Positions 15,946 through 30,564 of a DNA stretch of 64,000 nucleotides are shown here, in pieces. Location of the stretch: assembly GCF_009914755.1 (NCBI RefSeq), contig NC_060927.1; one strand, given 5' to 3'. Every line of letters starts with the position of its first letter. Positions within the stretch are counted from its first letter, which is position 1. Under the pieces are notes generated by a model. The model was not told the DNA's origin. It saw only the letters and a program-made list of their open reading frames with translations, and ran no database searches. Source of the DNA: the human T2T-CHM13v2.0 reference genome, Homo sapiens. The translations under genes and the position numbers were made by a program.

Positions 15946-16615
15946 AATACGTGAAAGGCAGTGAGCTGAGGGAAAGCAGTAGAGATGTGGCCATAAAAAT
16001 GAGCCAGGACTTCCTCAAGAATCTCAGTAGGGAGCAGGGCAGGTCAAACATTTGTAAATAATCACTGAACACGTGCCACGGGCATATAGGCAGAACAATG
16101 GGATTTATAAAATGATAGCATTCTTACATTATTCTTACGGTGATGCTTTTGTGACACTTTAGGTCATACTGGCTAAACTTGAACGAAATGGTACTGTTTA
16201 CCACTTTTAAAAGTAGCAGTAGCTGCCTGCACTAAAGACTTACTGTGTCCTGGGCCCTGTGTCAGGGCCTTGCATACACTAGCTGGATAGGAGGTAGCAT
16301 TGGCCCAATTTTGAGGATGAGCAGATGAAGGCTCTGAGAGAGAAACTGAGTCACTTGCCCAAGGTCTTCTGGTGGGTACACATAAAGTGGCAGAGCTGAG
16401 ATTCACACCTGTATCCACCTGTGCCCTTAACAGCATCATCCCTGGGGACGTCCGCTGAGGACAGCCAGGCTGGCTGGGATCCCAGCGTCCTCTCCGCTAA
16501 ATGTGCTTTGGGGTTGCTCTGAATCTGGGCTCCCATGCTTTGCTCCCACGCTTGAAGCAGGGCCTGAGAACCCACACCATTCCTGGAGCCCTTCCCTGGG
16601 CTCGCCAGCACTTAC

Positions 16616-16731
16616 CCCCTGAGGTCGGCGATAAGGATCTGCCCTCCATTGCGCACATCAAAGATTTTGACGGACCTGTCTGATGAGCAGGTTGCCAGGC
16701 GGGTGCCATAGTAGTCCATCTGGGCGTCGTG
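16616..16731 (-). CDS. SEC13: SEC13 exon 3 (HDAQMDYYG...IADLRG)
   Basis: CAG/GTAAGT boundaries, 116 nt, frame-consistent. Confidence 0.97.
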
Positions 16732-18028
16732 CTGCAAAGGGAGGACAGCTCGGGAAGCCTGCAGGCTGGGTGGGTGGGTGGGTGGGGTGAGGGCTGTCAC
16801 TACACAGAGTCTAGTTTGGACCAGAATCTCCCTGAAATCAATCTGATCTCAAAGTATCATCACCCTCAGGCAGGAAGCTAGCATGTGGACATTCTCACTT
16901 CACCTATGGGCAGTGTCTCTCTGAAATGGACAAAGCAAGCCATGCCCAGCTGGTGTCACAGACCCTTTACATACCTCAGGGAAGGGCTCTTCCATTCCTG
17001 TTCCGCAGGGTGGGTATGGGAGAAAAAAAGTTGGCCTAGCTGCCCTCTTCTTCCTCCATCCTCTCAGGCCCTATTCAGTTCTTAGGCTCTGTGGGCTAAA
17101 GGGGAATACCCCTGGGTTCAGCTCAGCCCTAGCACCTGATGCTAATGCATGGGAGCAGGCCAAAGGAGTGGGCCTCTGACTGCCTGGAGTCCCCAGTCAG
17201 GTCTTCTGTGATGCAGCTCTGGCCTGCACACAGGGTTCCATTCAGATATTTGGGCTCTTTCCAGCCCTGGCCCTGGATCCTTTGTGGACCTTTGTTTTGG
17301 GGCTTCTGCTCGACCTTTTCCCTAGTAGTGTGCCCAGAGCTTCCCAGACTTTCCACCCAAGGAACACAATGCCTTAAGTGTCGCTGCTCTCACCACTTGT
17401 GAACCGAATTCCTTGATGCTGACTGAGCATGCAGAACTAGGCCTGGCCCCTACCTGCAGATCCTTGTCCGCAGGGTGATGGTCTCTGAGGCACCATGCCT
17501 CCTGCACCACTGAACACCCTGGTCCCTTCTGCTTGCTGGCCCTGCCTATTCCAATGGATGTCACTTTCCCCAGCTGTCCCACCCTGGGAGTTTCAGGACT
17601 ATCAGCTGCACTCCCATGGCCACCAGGGGCAATTATGCCCATTCAAAGGCACTCATTCTGTCTGGCTCAGATGGGAATTCTCACCTCCCTACGCAAGGAA
17701 CACATCCTGATTTTTCTTTGGGAACTCCCTCCACTGTATCAGGCCTTGGTTTCTTGGAGGGCAGGCAGTAGAGGAGTGTTTCTGAAGCACTTCTCATGCT
17801 TCTCAGTGGAAGGAGGCAGGACATAGTACCTTTCAGATCTAAATCCTATCTCCTTAGTTTACCTGCTGTGCAAACTTTGAAAACACTTCATCTCCTTGAG
17901 CTTCAGTTTCCTTATCTTTATTATTTACCAACATCCTATGGGCCTTAGTTCCCTTATCTTTAAATAAGGCTAAAGATAGCATCTGTCTCAACAGTTGTTA
18001 TGAAGGTTAAACAAGATATTGAATGAAA

Positions 18029-18318
<290 letters not shown>

Positions 18319-19345
18319 GAAAAGTACTTAGCATGGGGCCTGACACTCAGTGAGCATGCAAATGTTTGTCATTACTACTTGGCCTCATCTAGTTCTCAAA
18401 CCAAACTCATACGAGTAGGTAGCATATCCATTATTTTTCCCGTAAGTAAATTGAGGCTGGCTCAGAAAAGTTAAGATATTGGCTAGGGAGTCTCAGACTG
18501 GGTCTTCCTGCCCATGATTCCATGCTATCTCCAAGGAGGTGTGGTCTTACAGCTAGACCACTCATGACTGAATCCAGAGAACATATACAACTCTGGGACC
18601 AGACAACCTCTCAGAAACCCAAAAGCAACTGTTGGTGGACAGGTTGTGAGGGCAAGAACCCTGACATGAAACACTGTCAGCCAGCTGTCCTGGGTCTTGC
18701 TCAAAGGCTGCTTGGCCCTGAATGAAGCAGAGTCTGTGTTTTTCCTGCGGTAGACTTTAACCTCTGGACCTTCTCCTGCAGCCCTGTCCTCTTATACTGA
18801 GCCTTGTGTTTACCTCTCAGGAAATGCCCTGAGTGTGGACTTCTGGTTCAAAGGGCCTTGTTTGGCCTATTGTCTTGGTGGTTTGACTGGGCTCTGCCTG
18901 GGGCTTTCACTGTGGCTGCCCTCTGCCTTTGTATTGAGTCATCTTTCTACACTCTCTTCTTTTCACCCCCCTTTCCAGTGGGGCTAAGAAGTGACAGCAG
19001 GAGGAAGACAGGTGGGAAGACTATTGTCAAGCCTCCGTACCCACTCAGCCTTCATCCGAGAGCAGGTTATTGTGTTGGCTGGAAGACTGACAGCCTAGAA
19101 CTACAAATTATTCCCAGGTTCCTCCCAGCAGAGAGTGATTAGACTGCCACAGTCCTGACAACTCAGAGGGCACTGCTAGGGAGCCTGCCATACCCCGAGA
19201 TTACAGGCTGATAGGCAACCACTGCAAAGCCACCCTGGATCCATGAATGATCAACAGAAAGGGGTAATGAAAACCCCAAATTGCTTCCCTCCCACAAAAA
19301 TGCCCATGTCCACACCCCTCCAGGGAGGGTGATATTAATACTTAC

Positions 19346-19390
19346 AATCATGTCCTCATGGGAGGTATCCACAGTGTTAATTACTGACAC
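19346..19390 (-). CDS. SEC13: SEC13 exon 2 (VSVINTVDTSHEDMI)
   Basis: TAG acceptor / GTAAGT donor, 45 nt, SEC13 peptide. Confidence 0.97.
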
Positions 19391-20434
19391 CTAGAACCAA
19401 AGATATCACTGGTAAATTAACTCATGGCAGTTAGAATACAACCATCTCAAGTTCTTGACTGCATTTGTTTGTTCACTCACTCATTCATTCATTCATTCAG
19501 TAAGCATTCATTCTAAGTACCTTCTTTCTGCCAAGCACTGTGCTAGGAACTGGATATACAGACACAAATAAGAGGAACTTTTTGCCCTTGAGAAGCTCGC
19601 GAATAATGCTAGTGTCGCAAGATAAATTATTTAATGGTGGTTTGTGTGTCCTGTAGGAGCCTGAGGGGCTGGGGTGGTAGACACGAATTGAGCCCTAGAT
19701 GATGGGTAGGAATTTGCAGGTGGCACAGGGGAAAATACCAGTCCAAGCAGCCAAGCAGAGGGAATACACGAGTAGAGACAAAGAGGTCTGAGAGAGCCTG
19801 ATGTGTGTGGGGAAACGGCAAGCAGTCCTGGCTACCCTTAAGGTTGAGGAGAGACCCCAAGGGAGCTACAGCTGGTGTTCCTTTCCTGGATGACAGAGCC
19901 TCTGATGTTCCAGGCAGTTTATGCATAACGGGGTTATTACTTCAGACTGGGAGACTTGATTCGAGTGTTTCCTGAGGCTGCTCCCTGGTCCGTCACGTAG
20001 TGGGATCCAGAGTTGAACAGTTTGTAGGGCTGGAACATGGTGTCATGGTCATCTCCCTCCTATCTATTCTTTGAGGTCCAGCTCAAAAAGGGCCATCCAT
20101 CACCTTTCTTGAAGATTCTCAGACCCTCAAATGGCTGGACTCTCTTGCATATCTTCAGCAAGGAACACATACAACACTTTATGCTGTTTCTTCTCCCCAC
20201 TAGAAGGTGAGCTCCTTGGAGCCATGGTCTGAGCCATCTGCAGTTTCAAATCCCCTCAAATCATCCAGCACAGTGCTTTGCAAATAGAAGGAACTCAGCG
20301 ACTATTTGCTGAATGAATAAGTAAATGAACAAAAGCTGTTATTTTTTTTCTTTGCTCAACCACTCTTCTCTTAAATTCTTGGGATAGAAAAGAGGACTTA
20401 AAAGAAGTTTCAGTGTGGAACAGACATTTCTTAC

Positions 20435-20575
20435 CATTTTCCCCATTTCATCTTTTCCAGCACAAGCCCTGTAGGTATAAAGTTTGACTTGTGATTTCAG
20501 AAAGGCAGACAGTGGAAGAGGATGGCTGCAAAGCAGTTCAAGAGGTACACACCAAGTAAGCACAGGTTCTCTCAT
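20435..20575 (-). CDS. SEC13: SEC13 optional exon giving N-terminally extended isoforms (MREPV...DEMGKM, 368 aa total; or MGKM-)
   Basis: 47-codon ORF ending ATG|GTAAGA donor in phase 0 with exon 2; matches my recollection of annotated SEC13 isoform N-termini. Confidence 0.7.
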
Positions 20576-21054
20576 CAGATTCTAGACTCTCTAAAAACCA
20601 GGTCCCCGAAGTCTGCAAAGGCAAGTAAGGACAATAAGGAGTTTCCTCCATGTGCCGAGCTGTATAGGTTACAAAGTGCACAGGAAGGCGGGGAGGGCAG
20701 GGTACCAAGGGCACAGTCAATCAGAGACCTGCGACAGACTAAGGAAATGAAGAAGCCCAGAGAAGAGAAAGCACTTGCCAAAGTCACAGAGCTAGTTCAA
20801 GGCAGACCTGGGAAAAGAGCCCCATCCCCTAACCTTCTAATGCTGAGTCCACAAAACTTCACTCCACCAGGCTGCCTGTCTAGAATGTAAAGCAGTTGTT
20901 ACACTGAGTTCTGTAAAGCTGCGGTTAAGTAGGTTCACGAAGAAAGTTTACTGAGAGGTAGTTTCAACCAGGTTACCAAAGGACCTTAGAAATAATCAGC
21001 ATTTAATTCTAACCACTCTCACCCACCAGTCAGGGTTGATGAACCACACTTCTG

Positions 21055-21057
<3 letters not shown>

Positions 21058-21106
<49 letters not shown>

Positions 21107-21338
21107 CGGGGGGGGGGAGGAAAGAGGGAGGGGGAGAGAAAAGGACGGAAGGAAGGAGGAAGGGCGAGAGAGAGGGAGAGAAAGGGAGAGGGAGAGGAAG
21201 GGGGGAGGAAGAGGGAGCGGGGAGAGAGAGAGAGAAGAGAGGGAGGGGGAGAGAGAGAAAGGGAGAGGGAGAGGAAGGGGGGAGGGAGAGGGAGTGGGGA
21301 GAGAGGGAGGGTGGGGAGAGAGAGAGAGAGAGAGAGAA
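21058..21338 (+). repeat. (GA)n / polypurine low-complexity tract, ~280 bp
   Basis: Almost exclusively A/G on + strand. Confidence 0.97.
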
Positions 21339-22099
21339 CTTCTTAGAGTACTTCTTCCCAGGGACCTGGTATTATCTGGTCCCTGTTAACACCTGCACTC
21401 AAAATAATTCACCTCTTTGAGATCAGATAATGAGTTAAAAATTCATTTAGGATGAGCTGAATGTCAGAGCATAAAAGCCTCAACTCTAACCTGCAGTGGA
21501 AGAGCCAGAGGTGAGTGATTTACACCTAACCCTCTGCAGAACAAGAACACAGTGTTCTGATTTCTAGGTTCCTGCAGGTTCCCTCAAACCTGCTGCTGAG
21601 ACACACCCATGTTTCTAAAAGAATGCACGTACTAGATATTCCAGGCTCAGCCCAGATACTTCCATTCTTTAGTTCTCCTTCAGTCATTCATTCACTCAAG
21701 GAGTAAGTGTGGAGTGAATGTACACTGCAGATGCCACAGAGACTTAAAAAACCCTGAGCCCCTGCCTTCGGAGGGTCGTTCAGGCCATCTTTACGTTTCC
21801 CGAGGTGCCCATCCTACCTGGGGGCCCTACCCCGAGCAACAGTTCAATCATCTCTGCTGGGAGCTGCAGTAGGCGGCAGAAAGGAATGGTTAGGAGGGTT
21901 CAAATCTCGGCTCTACTACCACTTAAGCAGCTGTGCAAGAGGCTCCACGTCTCCGAACCTCAAGTGTCCTCATCTGTAAAGTGTTGAGAAGAATAGCACC
22001 TTCTTCACAAGGCTGTTAGCAGGCGGAGATTACGAACAATGCTGAGGGCTCGGTATACAGTAGCTCCTCTGCTGTTCCTCGTTTTGTTTTCAATTGTTG

Positions 22100-22620
22100 A
22101 CCGAAAAGAAGGAAGGGAGACTGGCAGGAGACGCAGGAGCGGCGCGCCCCGCAAAGTCAGGGAGGTTCCTCGGCCTCACCTCTGGACTCCCCTCGGAATG
22201 GTCCGCAAGGACGGGGCCAGAGCCCCCCAAATCTCTAAGCGGTGGAGGGGAGCTGAACGGCTCCAGCTTGGGATTTGGGACTCAGGACGGCCGAGGAACC
22301 CGTGAAGGCCGCGACCGTGGCCTTCACCCTGCTAGGCCTCCTCAGTACCAACACTCACCATGATTGCGGCGGTGGCTGCTCCAGGTCTCGGACGTGGCAG
22401 CTCCCGGCGGCGCCTCGGAACAGCTCACTTCCGGCGCCGGGCCCGACGGGCCGTGGCGTAGGAGCCTCCGGGCAGCAACGCGCTCTGCTCGCACAGCAGT
22501 TCCGCGCCTTCCAGAGGGCGCGCCCCGCCCTCCCGTGGCCCAGCCCCTATCCTCCAGTGACGTGCGAGACCAGAGGGCTGGGGCTCTGGTTGCCGCAGTT
22601 ACCCTGACCCGGAGGGCTTT
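22100..22620 (-). promoter_or_regulatory. SEC13: SEC13 CpG-island promoter / 5'UTR
   Basis: CpG-dense; ETS/GABP CCGGAAGTG (22426-22434), GC box (22522-22530), GACGTGGC (22391-22398) and TGACGTG (22558-22564) bZIP-type motifs. Confidence 0.85.
22359..22361 (-). CDS. SEC13: SEC13 coding exon 1 (only the ATG is coding)
   Basis: Minus strand GCCACCGCCGCAATC-ATG|GTGAGT inside a CpG island; splices in phase 0 to VSVINTVD exon. Confidence 0.93.
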
Positions 22621-22711
22621 GGAATCTGAAGCTCTGGTGGGTCTACTCTCCCGACCAAGTCTGCCCTTTTCCTGAGATCCATAAATGAAAGAAAGGATTA
22701 ATATAACTATC

Positions 22712-23066
<355 letters not shown>

Positions 23067-23741
23067 GCAGCTTCACCCGCCTCACTACGGCTCTGGGTGC
23101 GACTGGTCTTATGATGAATGTTGTAGGATGAGTGACATCTTAGGAGTAAGTAGACTGTCCTAGTGCTTCCTTGTTGTAGTCTCCCTCTCAGTACCCAAGG
23201 ACTGGGACCAGGGCAGAGGAGGCCAGGGAATGCCCCTCGCCAGAGGCTGGGACCTCTGGCCCTGCCATCCCTAACCCCTATATAGGACTGCCCCTTCCAA
23301 ACCGATCCCCTGGGGTCCTGAGTAAGTCCCATCAAGGAGACCCCCCTAGGCAATGAAGGATCTCAGCCAGGCTCCTGCAGCTAGAGCCCCAGACCTAATC
23401 CTCAGGGTCCCCAACCCCAGGTCTCTGGCTTCACAAGGTAGGGCAGCTGAAGGCTCCCCACAAGCGCAGTGAGAATGCCACACTGGAGGACAGAGCCTGG
23501 GCTCCCCGCCTCAGCCACATATGGTCTAGCCCTGGGCCCCTTGTGACATTAAGGAGGCAGATGAGCTGGGGGAGGCCTTGGCTCCCCTTGGGCAAGTCAC
23601 AGTCCTTCAGTTTCCTCTGCTGAAACTGGGAGTAAGGACCCTAGCTGGAGATGGTCACTGCTTGAAGGAAGATGTTAAGGCTCAGAGAATGTGATAGACC
23701 CAAACTGTCAAGGAGCTTTGGAGGGGAGGCCAGGGGAGTAG

Positions 23742-24218
<477 letters not shown>

Positions 24219-25350
24219 AGATCTCCTGTTCTTCAAGGAACAGGCTCTGGCCTTGGCTCTATAGCTGCACCACTGACTTTCTAGGTGATAAGGCCAAGTC
24301 ACTTTTCTCTGAGCCTCACTTTCTTTGAGTGGAAAATGAGGACAAGGGCATATTAGATGTAAATATAATGCATCAGGCATAATTGTGATTAAAAGAATTT
24401 CCTTGTGTAGACACTGATGTTGAAGAGATTGGGGATTTGTGACAAGCAACAGAACTGTATCTTATTCATTAAGGTATTTGCTGTAAGGTATTTGACCCAT
24501 AAGGCGCTGTAATATGGCAGTTTAGAGTACAGATGCTGGCATCAAGACTGCTAGGTATCAGTGCTGGATCTCCTGCTTACCAGGTGGGCATGCTCTTCAC
24601 CTCTTTGAGATACTGTCTCCTGCTCTTTTGAGTGAGAATTATAATAATACCTCCTCTGAAGGTTGATATTGGGATTAAATGAACCCTTGGATATGAAACT
24701 GCGTATGGAAGTCAGATGGGCCTATGGCGCTTGATTTGGGGATCAGTTCAACCTAAGAAGAGCTGTGTGAGTGTGTGAGTGTGTGTGTAACTCTCAACCC
24801 TTGGGCCAACCTTAGGGATTACTTGTTGGTCTGGGCATATTCTCTTTCTCTGCCAATGTTCAGCAGAGGTTTGTGAAGTCCAGACTCCTCAGGTGCCAGG
24901 CTTCCCTCTGCCTTACCCCTCTCCCCAGTAGGGGGGTGCCACCTAGATCCAGTGTCTGTATTCCGCATCTCCTCCCTCTGGTTAATCCAGACCCCAAATC
25001 AGGCCAACTTTCCCTGATTTTTGCCACCCCACCCCTTGCCCCCAAACCTCCTCCGCTTCGTCCTGAGGCCCCGTTCCCCAGTCTTCTTCTATGAGATGGT
25101 CAACCATTCCTCATAGGTTAATGGCTCATGGCAGGGTGAGCCTGTCTCCCTCAAATGGTGGGTGTTCAAAAGGTGTGATCTAGTGGAAGGAGAGAGACTG
25201 CCCGCTGAGCTGTGGGCCCTTGGGCAAAGTGCATTTCCCTCCCAGGGACTCAGTTTCCCCCTGAGTTCAACTCCACGAAGGGCGGGGACCCAGCTGTCCT
25301 TCAGAAAAAGGCCTTGTGATGTGTACCGTGTCTGCATTTCCACGTGTGCA

Positions 25351-25356
25351 TTTATT
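25351..25356 (-). terminator. ATP2B2: ATP2B2 distal poly(A) signal AATAAA
   Basis: tttatt on +; upstream UGUA elements (taca at ~25403 and ~25444). Confidence 0.75.
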
Positions 25357-27398
25357 GTTATTGCTCAGTATAGTGTTGAAAAGGCAGACAAATCCCATTA
25401 ATTACAAAGAGCACAAGCCAAAGATACACAGAAATAAAGAGTGTACAATAAGAGCACAGTCACTTCCCAGCCCCGATTGTCCCAGAGCCCCCCAGAGCCC
25501 GGGCAGCTTACGGAAGCTGGAGGCGGCACCATTCCCTCGCTACTCTATTATAAAATATGTGCACACAAGAGTTAGCAAAGTGTGGTGACCCCCGAGAGGA
25601 AAGGTCCAGGAGGGAGAGCACCACAGGCATTACAAAACAGACTTAGGGGGCTGAGAAGGGCAGTCCCAAAGCAGCCTCCAATATTGTTTTCAGTGGAGGG
25701 GGTGATGGCTGCTGCCTGGGGCTGGGGACCCTCCTCCCCCACCTGGGTTGGTATGATCTCTACATTAAAATCAGGAGAGCTTGGTTTGGAACTTTGAAAA
25801 GGCCTGGGGACTTCCTGCTATTGTCTGACTTCCCTCCTGGCTCTGGAAGGCCTAAAAGCCTTCAAGAAACGCTCTTCCCTACAAGAGCCTCTAATGGTGG
25901 GATTTTGGACACAATGGCAGGAGAGAGATTTGGGTGGGAGGCTTGTCAGAATGCACCAGGTTGGCAGCCTCCTGCAGGTAGCGCAAGAGTGGGCTAGGGG
26001 AGTGAGGGTTCCGAGAAGGCCCAGGCAAGAACTGCCTGCATCCCAAAGGTACTGGAGACTCCAAATTAAAGAGCAAGAAACTATCCCCCCAAAACAAAAT
26101 GAAACAAAAACAACAAAAAACCAGTTCAGGAAAGGGAGATAGGAATAAAGGTTTCTCCATGATGAGAATTAGAAGTGCAGACAACTGGGCCACACATTCT
26201 TTCCCAGCTCCAGGCCTAGGAGAGACTCCTCTTTCTCGTCTGGACCAGGGACAGATGGCGGGTCCACCCCAACACAACCAAGGTGGGTGACTTTGGTTCC
26301 CAAGCTGAGATTGAGTGGGGGCCTGGTGACCTCTCATGACAACTCCTGGGCTTAGGGGGCAGGTGAAATGATGGGAGGAACAGCAGGCTTCTCTCAAGAT
26401 CAGGATGCCCTTTTTGTCCCTCTTTATAGAACATAGTCTATTTCACAGCCCTGAGTGGACAGTAATTACAATGGGGGGAAGATGATGGCACAGGGAATGA
26501 CAGAGCCCAGAATTTGGGGGTGGGAATGGGACAGGGGGTGGAGGACTGGGCACAATTTAAAGTTTATGTGGAAGAATAGATGTGAGAGAATAACTAGGAA
26601 ATTTTGTAAAAGAAGAGTGAAGGGACTCATCCCACCACATAATAAGACATTAGAAATTGACAATAGTTAAAATTGTATGGCTGGTGCCAGATGAGACACC
26701 CAAGTAAGCGAAGAGAAGAGAAGTTCCAGAAATAGATCTAAGTCTATGTAAGACATCAGTGTGTGGTAAAGGTGGCATTTCAGCATGGTTGGGGAAAAGA
26801 GTGGCTTCCAACAACTGGAGGACCCAGGACAAGACAGGTTCAGAGTCCTTGAGCCAGTGCAGTCATTTTAATTGGTCCAGTCTCAGAAATAGGACTGCCT
26901 CTCTCTTGTCATCTCTATGCTATGGTTGGGACAAGGGGACAAGGGGCCATGGTGAGGGGTTGGCGGGAGCAATGGAGGCTGCTCCTGAGTTAAAGAAAGC
27001 TCCGCCTGAGTTGCAAGAAGGAAACTCCTCAGAGCTCTCTCTGCTCACCTCCAAAGATGAGTGATTCTGCAGCACCAGGAGTCACTGAACGGGCTCCCTG
27101 CCCTTCCCTCATCTGTTGAGGGGGAGACAAGTTGGTGAGCTTAGCTCTCAGAACCAAATCTGCCACTTACTCCTGGAGCCCTTGTCTAGAGGACAGAAAA
27201 GAAGCTATGTGGATGATGCAGTCCCAAACTAGAAAAAAGTATACATTACAGATATATTTACTATGTTCTGTTTGATGTTGTTTTTTGCTTTTTTTTTTAA
27301 ACCACAAACATTTCAGAACCACACTGCACGAGTCAGAAGAGCCAGCGATTGAAAGCATAACCATTGCATAGTATTAAATGAACAGAGATGGTGAGTTC

Positions 27399-27404
27399 TT
27401 TATT
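27399..27404 (-). terminator. ATP2B2: ATP2B2 proximal poly(A) signal AATAAA
   Basis: tttatt on +, with an overlapping/adjacent upstream UGUA on the sense strand. Confidence 0.6.
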
Positions 27405-30123
27405 TACAATTATTGTCTAGATAAAAAAATTCATAAAAACAGATGAATGGTCATAAATTATTTACCCCCTAATGGAGTGAACTGCCAAACGTACCCCATG
27501 CTGCTAGATATAGGACGCAGAGTGCAAGCTTTATGTACTACAGTGAGTTTTGACAAACCAACCATTTCGTGTGTGTGTGTGTGTATGTGTGCAAGTGTGA
27601 GAGTGAGGGGGTGCATGTGTGCAAGCATCCTTCATTCCTGACAAGAGAAGACCAACGCTAATGTTGGCATTCTTCCATCGCTCCCTGTTCCCTAAGCCAG
27701 GCTCCACTGAGAACCCCTCCTGGCTCCGAATGAACATGGAGCATGGTGTGCAAACACAGCTATCCTGATGTCATGGAACGAGGTCACGGACACATGACTG
27801 ATCAAAGAAGTGGGGAGATGGAAAACTGTGAGAAAGGAAACTCCAAAAAACACCATGTTCCAAGGCTGCCCCATGTTTTACACGTGCAGATCTTTCCTTC
27901 CTTGTAGGAGAGCAGTGGGCTGGCTTTGGTGGCGTTTGTACTGGAATCCAATAAGCACATCTGAGGGCTGGTCACCCCTTTGGTTATGCAGTTCCTCTCC
28001 TGGATACATTCAGAGATACTTCTTCACGACATTCAGGTGATGCGCTCTTGAAGGTCCTCCTTCCAGGAGGATTTTGCCAGGTGGGATGGGCTGACTTTGA
28101 ACCCCAAACCCTCAAGTTTTTCCACCGCCATCCAGATGTAGGCCCTCCCAGTTGACTATGGCTCTTTTCCCGAGTGGCTCTCATCTTGTTTGTGGAAGAG
28201 TTCTCTGGGCCTGGAGAAGGGAAGGGGCTGGGCTGACACAGCCATCGTGAGGAGGGTCAGCATGAGGAATGGATTTTGCAAGAGAGGCGGAAAGTGTTTG
28301 GTTTTCCTCGAAGCATGGGACATCATCGATCATGGTATTCAAAATGTCTTTTGCACTGTACAAGTTTATGGAAAAAAGATCATATGCTGAAAAGTCTCAA
28401 AGCAAACTTTGTATTAAATACAAAAGTTCTTTTATGAAAAACGCTGAGACCCACAAAGTGCTTAGCAGTTAAGAGGCTGACATCCAATTAAATAAGCTCT
28501 TATTAAGTGGGATTACTAGTGCTGTTGTCTTGGGGAAAAAATAACCACCTTTTCTCACCTGTGATACTGTAGGGTTTCAGAATGGCTTTCTGTTTGGGAA
28601 AGCAAGACTTGCTGTTAAAAGGCTACAGTATATATTGTGACTACAGGAAGACAATTTGGTTTAAAATCACACTGAGTACATCTCAATATACACATCATAA
28701 GGTTCATTCGGATCTAAATAGTGCAGAGAAAAAGGCTATTCTTCTTCAAAAATAAAAATAAAAGCAGCAAGCCATACTGATCCTCATCCAATATACCAAC
28801 AGCTCGGATGCTGCCATTAATAAGGAAACAAACCTGTAAGTTACTAAATAAAAAAAAAAATCAACACAATACCATTTATAATATTTCAACACTACCTCAA
28901 TCTCTGTACAGACAGTGCCAAAGAGAACCTATTTTTGAAATGCTCTTAGTAAACTCAAGCGAGTTTCATTGAGAGAAAAGTCTTCGAGCAGTGCTTTGCA
29001 GATCCTGGCATCCTTGGGCCAGATGGCCGTTAGTGTTGCAAACCCAGGAAGCCTTCTCTCCTCCTCTCCCTTCGTCTACGGAGCATGTTGTTAAACCCCT
29101 CAGGATGGCAACTCGGTAGCATTTGGCTTCTGCCTGAGCCTCTCACGGTAGTGACATTATTGAACGGAAATAGCAGGCAAAAATCAGAGCATGGCTATCA
29201 TAAAACATCCAGGATGCAACCCAGGGGAAGTGTCTGTTGGGCCGAGCTGTTTTTATAGCATCTCAGCCACCAGTGTTCTTAAACCATACAAATAGCCAAA
29301 GACGTTATCTACAGGTTTGTAAACAAATTACATTCTTCTTTTAGGACATAAATAAGTTAAAATAGAGCAATTTAAGCGGAAACAAGGCAACATGCCGGCA
29401 AAGAAACTTTATATATCCATGTATATATATTTTTATATATATATATATATCTACCTATCTATATGGACGTATACAGTCTCGGAAAAGTATACGTTGATAT
29501 AGATACAAAGAAATGGATATAACCTTGTGAGTGTCTATGAAGTTCTTCGGTTCCATTGGTGCAAATCTACTAGGCGAGTTAAGCTCTGCAATTTCAAAAA
29601 GTTATTAAATTAATCTATACAACTGAGACCATGCTGTGCAAGCATTTCAAAAACTCACAGACCAGTGGATTGGATAAATAGTCTCAGAAAAGAGTCTGTT
29701 TGCAGTTCCCGCCTAAGAAAACAAACAAACAAACAAAAACCCCTCCCCAACCCCCAAAAACCAAACAAGGGGAGGATTGAAAGTGTACAGTACATTCATG
29801 CGGGGGACGTGGTGGCTGGGCGGGTGCATGGCTGGTCCATGTCTGGGTGGGAGCCAGGAAGGGCTTGTTTTGGGAAAACCGCTCACTCCCGTAAGCCCCC
29901 AGTGGAGATCCCGCCCCTTGCCTTGAAGTGAAAAAGAGTTCAAACAGCATCGCAGCCAGAGAAAGGGTCTGTGGGTGGAAACGTTGGTTTTCTCTCCAGT
30001 ATTTGGTTTCCGATTGTTGCTCGTTGCTGCTTGGGTGAGTTGGGTGCCTGGATGGATGGGTGCCCGGAAAGCGGGTGGCAGCGGGGTCCATGAGGGCGGG
30101 CGGGCAGGCGACAGGGTCCTCAG

Positions 30124-30564
<441 letters not shown>

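Larger units (their letters stand above)
25330..30123 (-). other. ATP2B2: ATP2B2 long 3'UTR (~4.8 kb), with no recognisable Alu/L1 and U-rich/(UA)n blocks on the sense strand
   Basis: Follows the stop codon; no TE seen until the distal AATAAA. Confidence 0.8.

Noticed and set aside
21056-21346. Arg/Glu/Gly-rich 96-aa ORF
   Set aside because: Translation of the (GA)n purine repeat
25891-26397. 168-aa ORF in the ATP2B2 3'UTR
   Set aside because: Non-ATG start, low-complexity F/C/L from T-rich UTR sequence, no homology recognised
29684-30091. 135-aa ORF after the ATP2B2 stop, considered as a readthrough extension
   Set aside because: Out of frame with the stop codon, and TAG-CTGA is not the UGA-CUAG readthrough context
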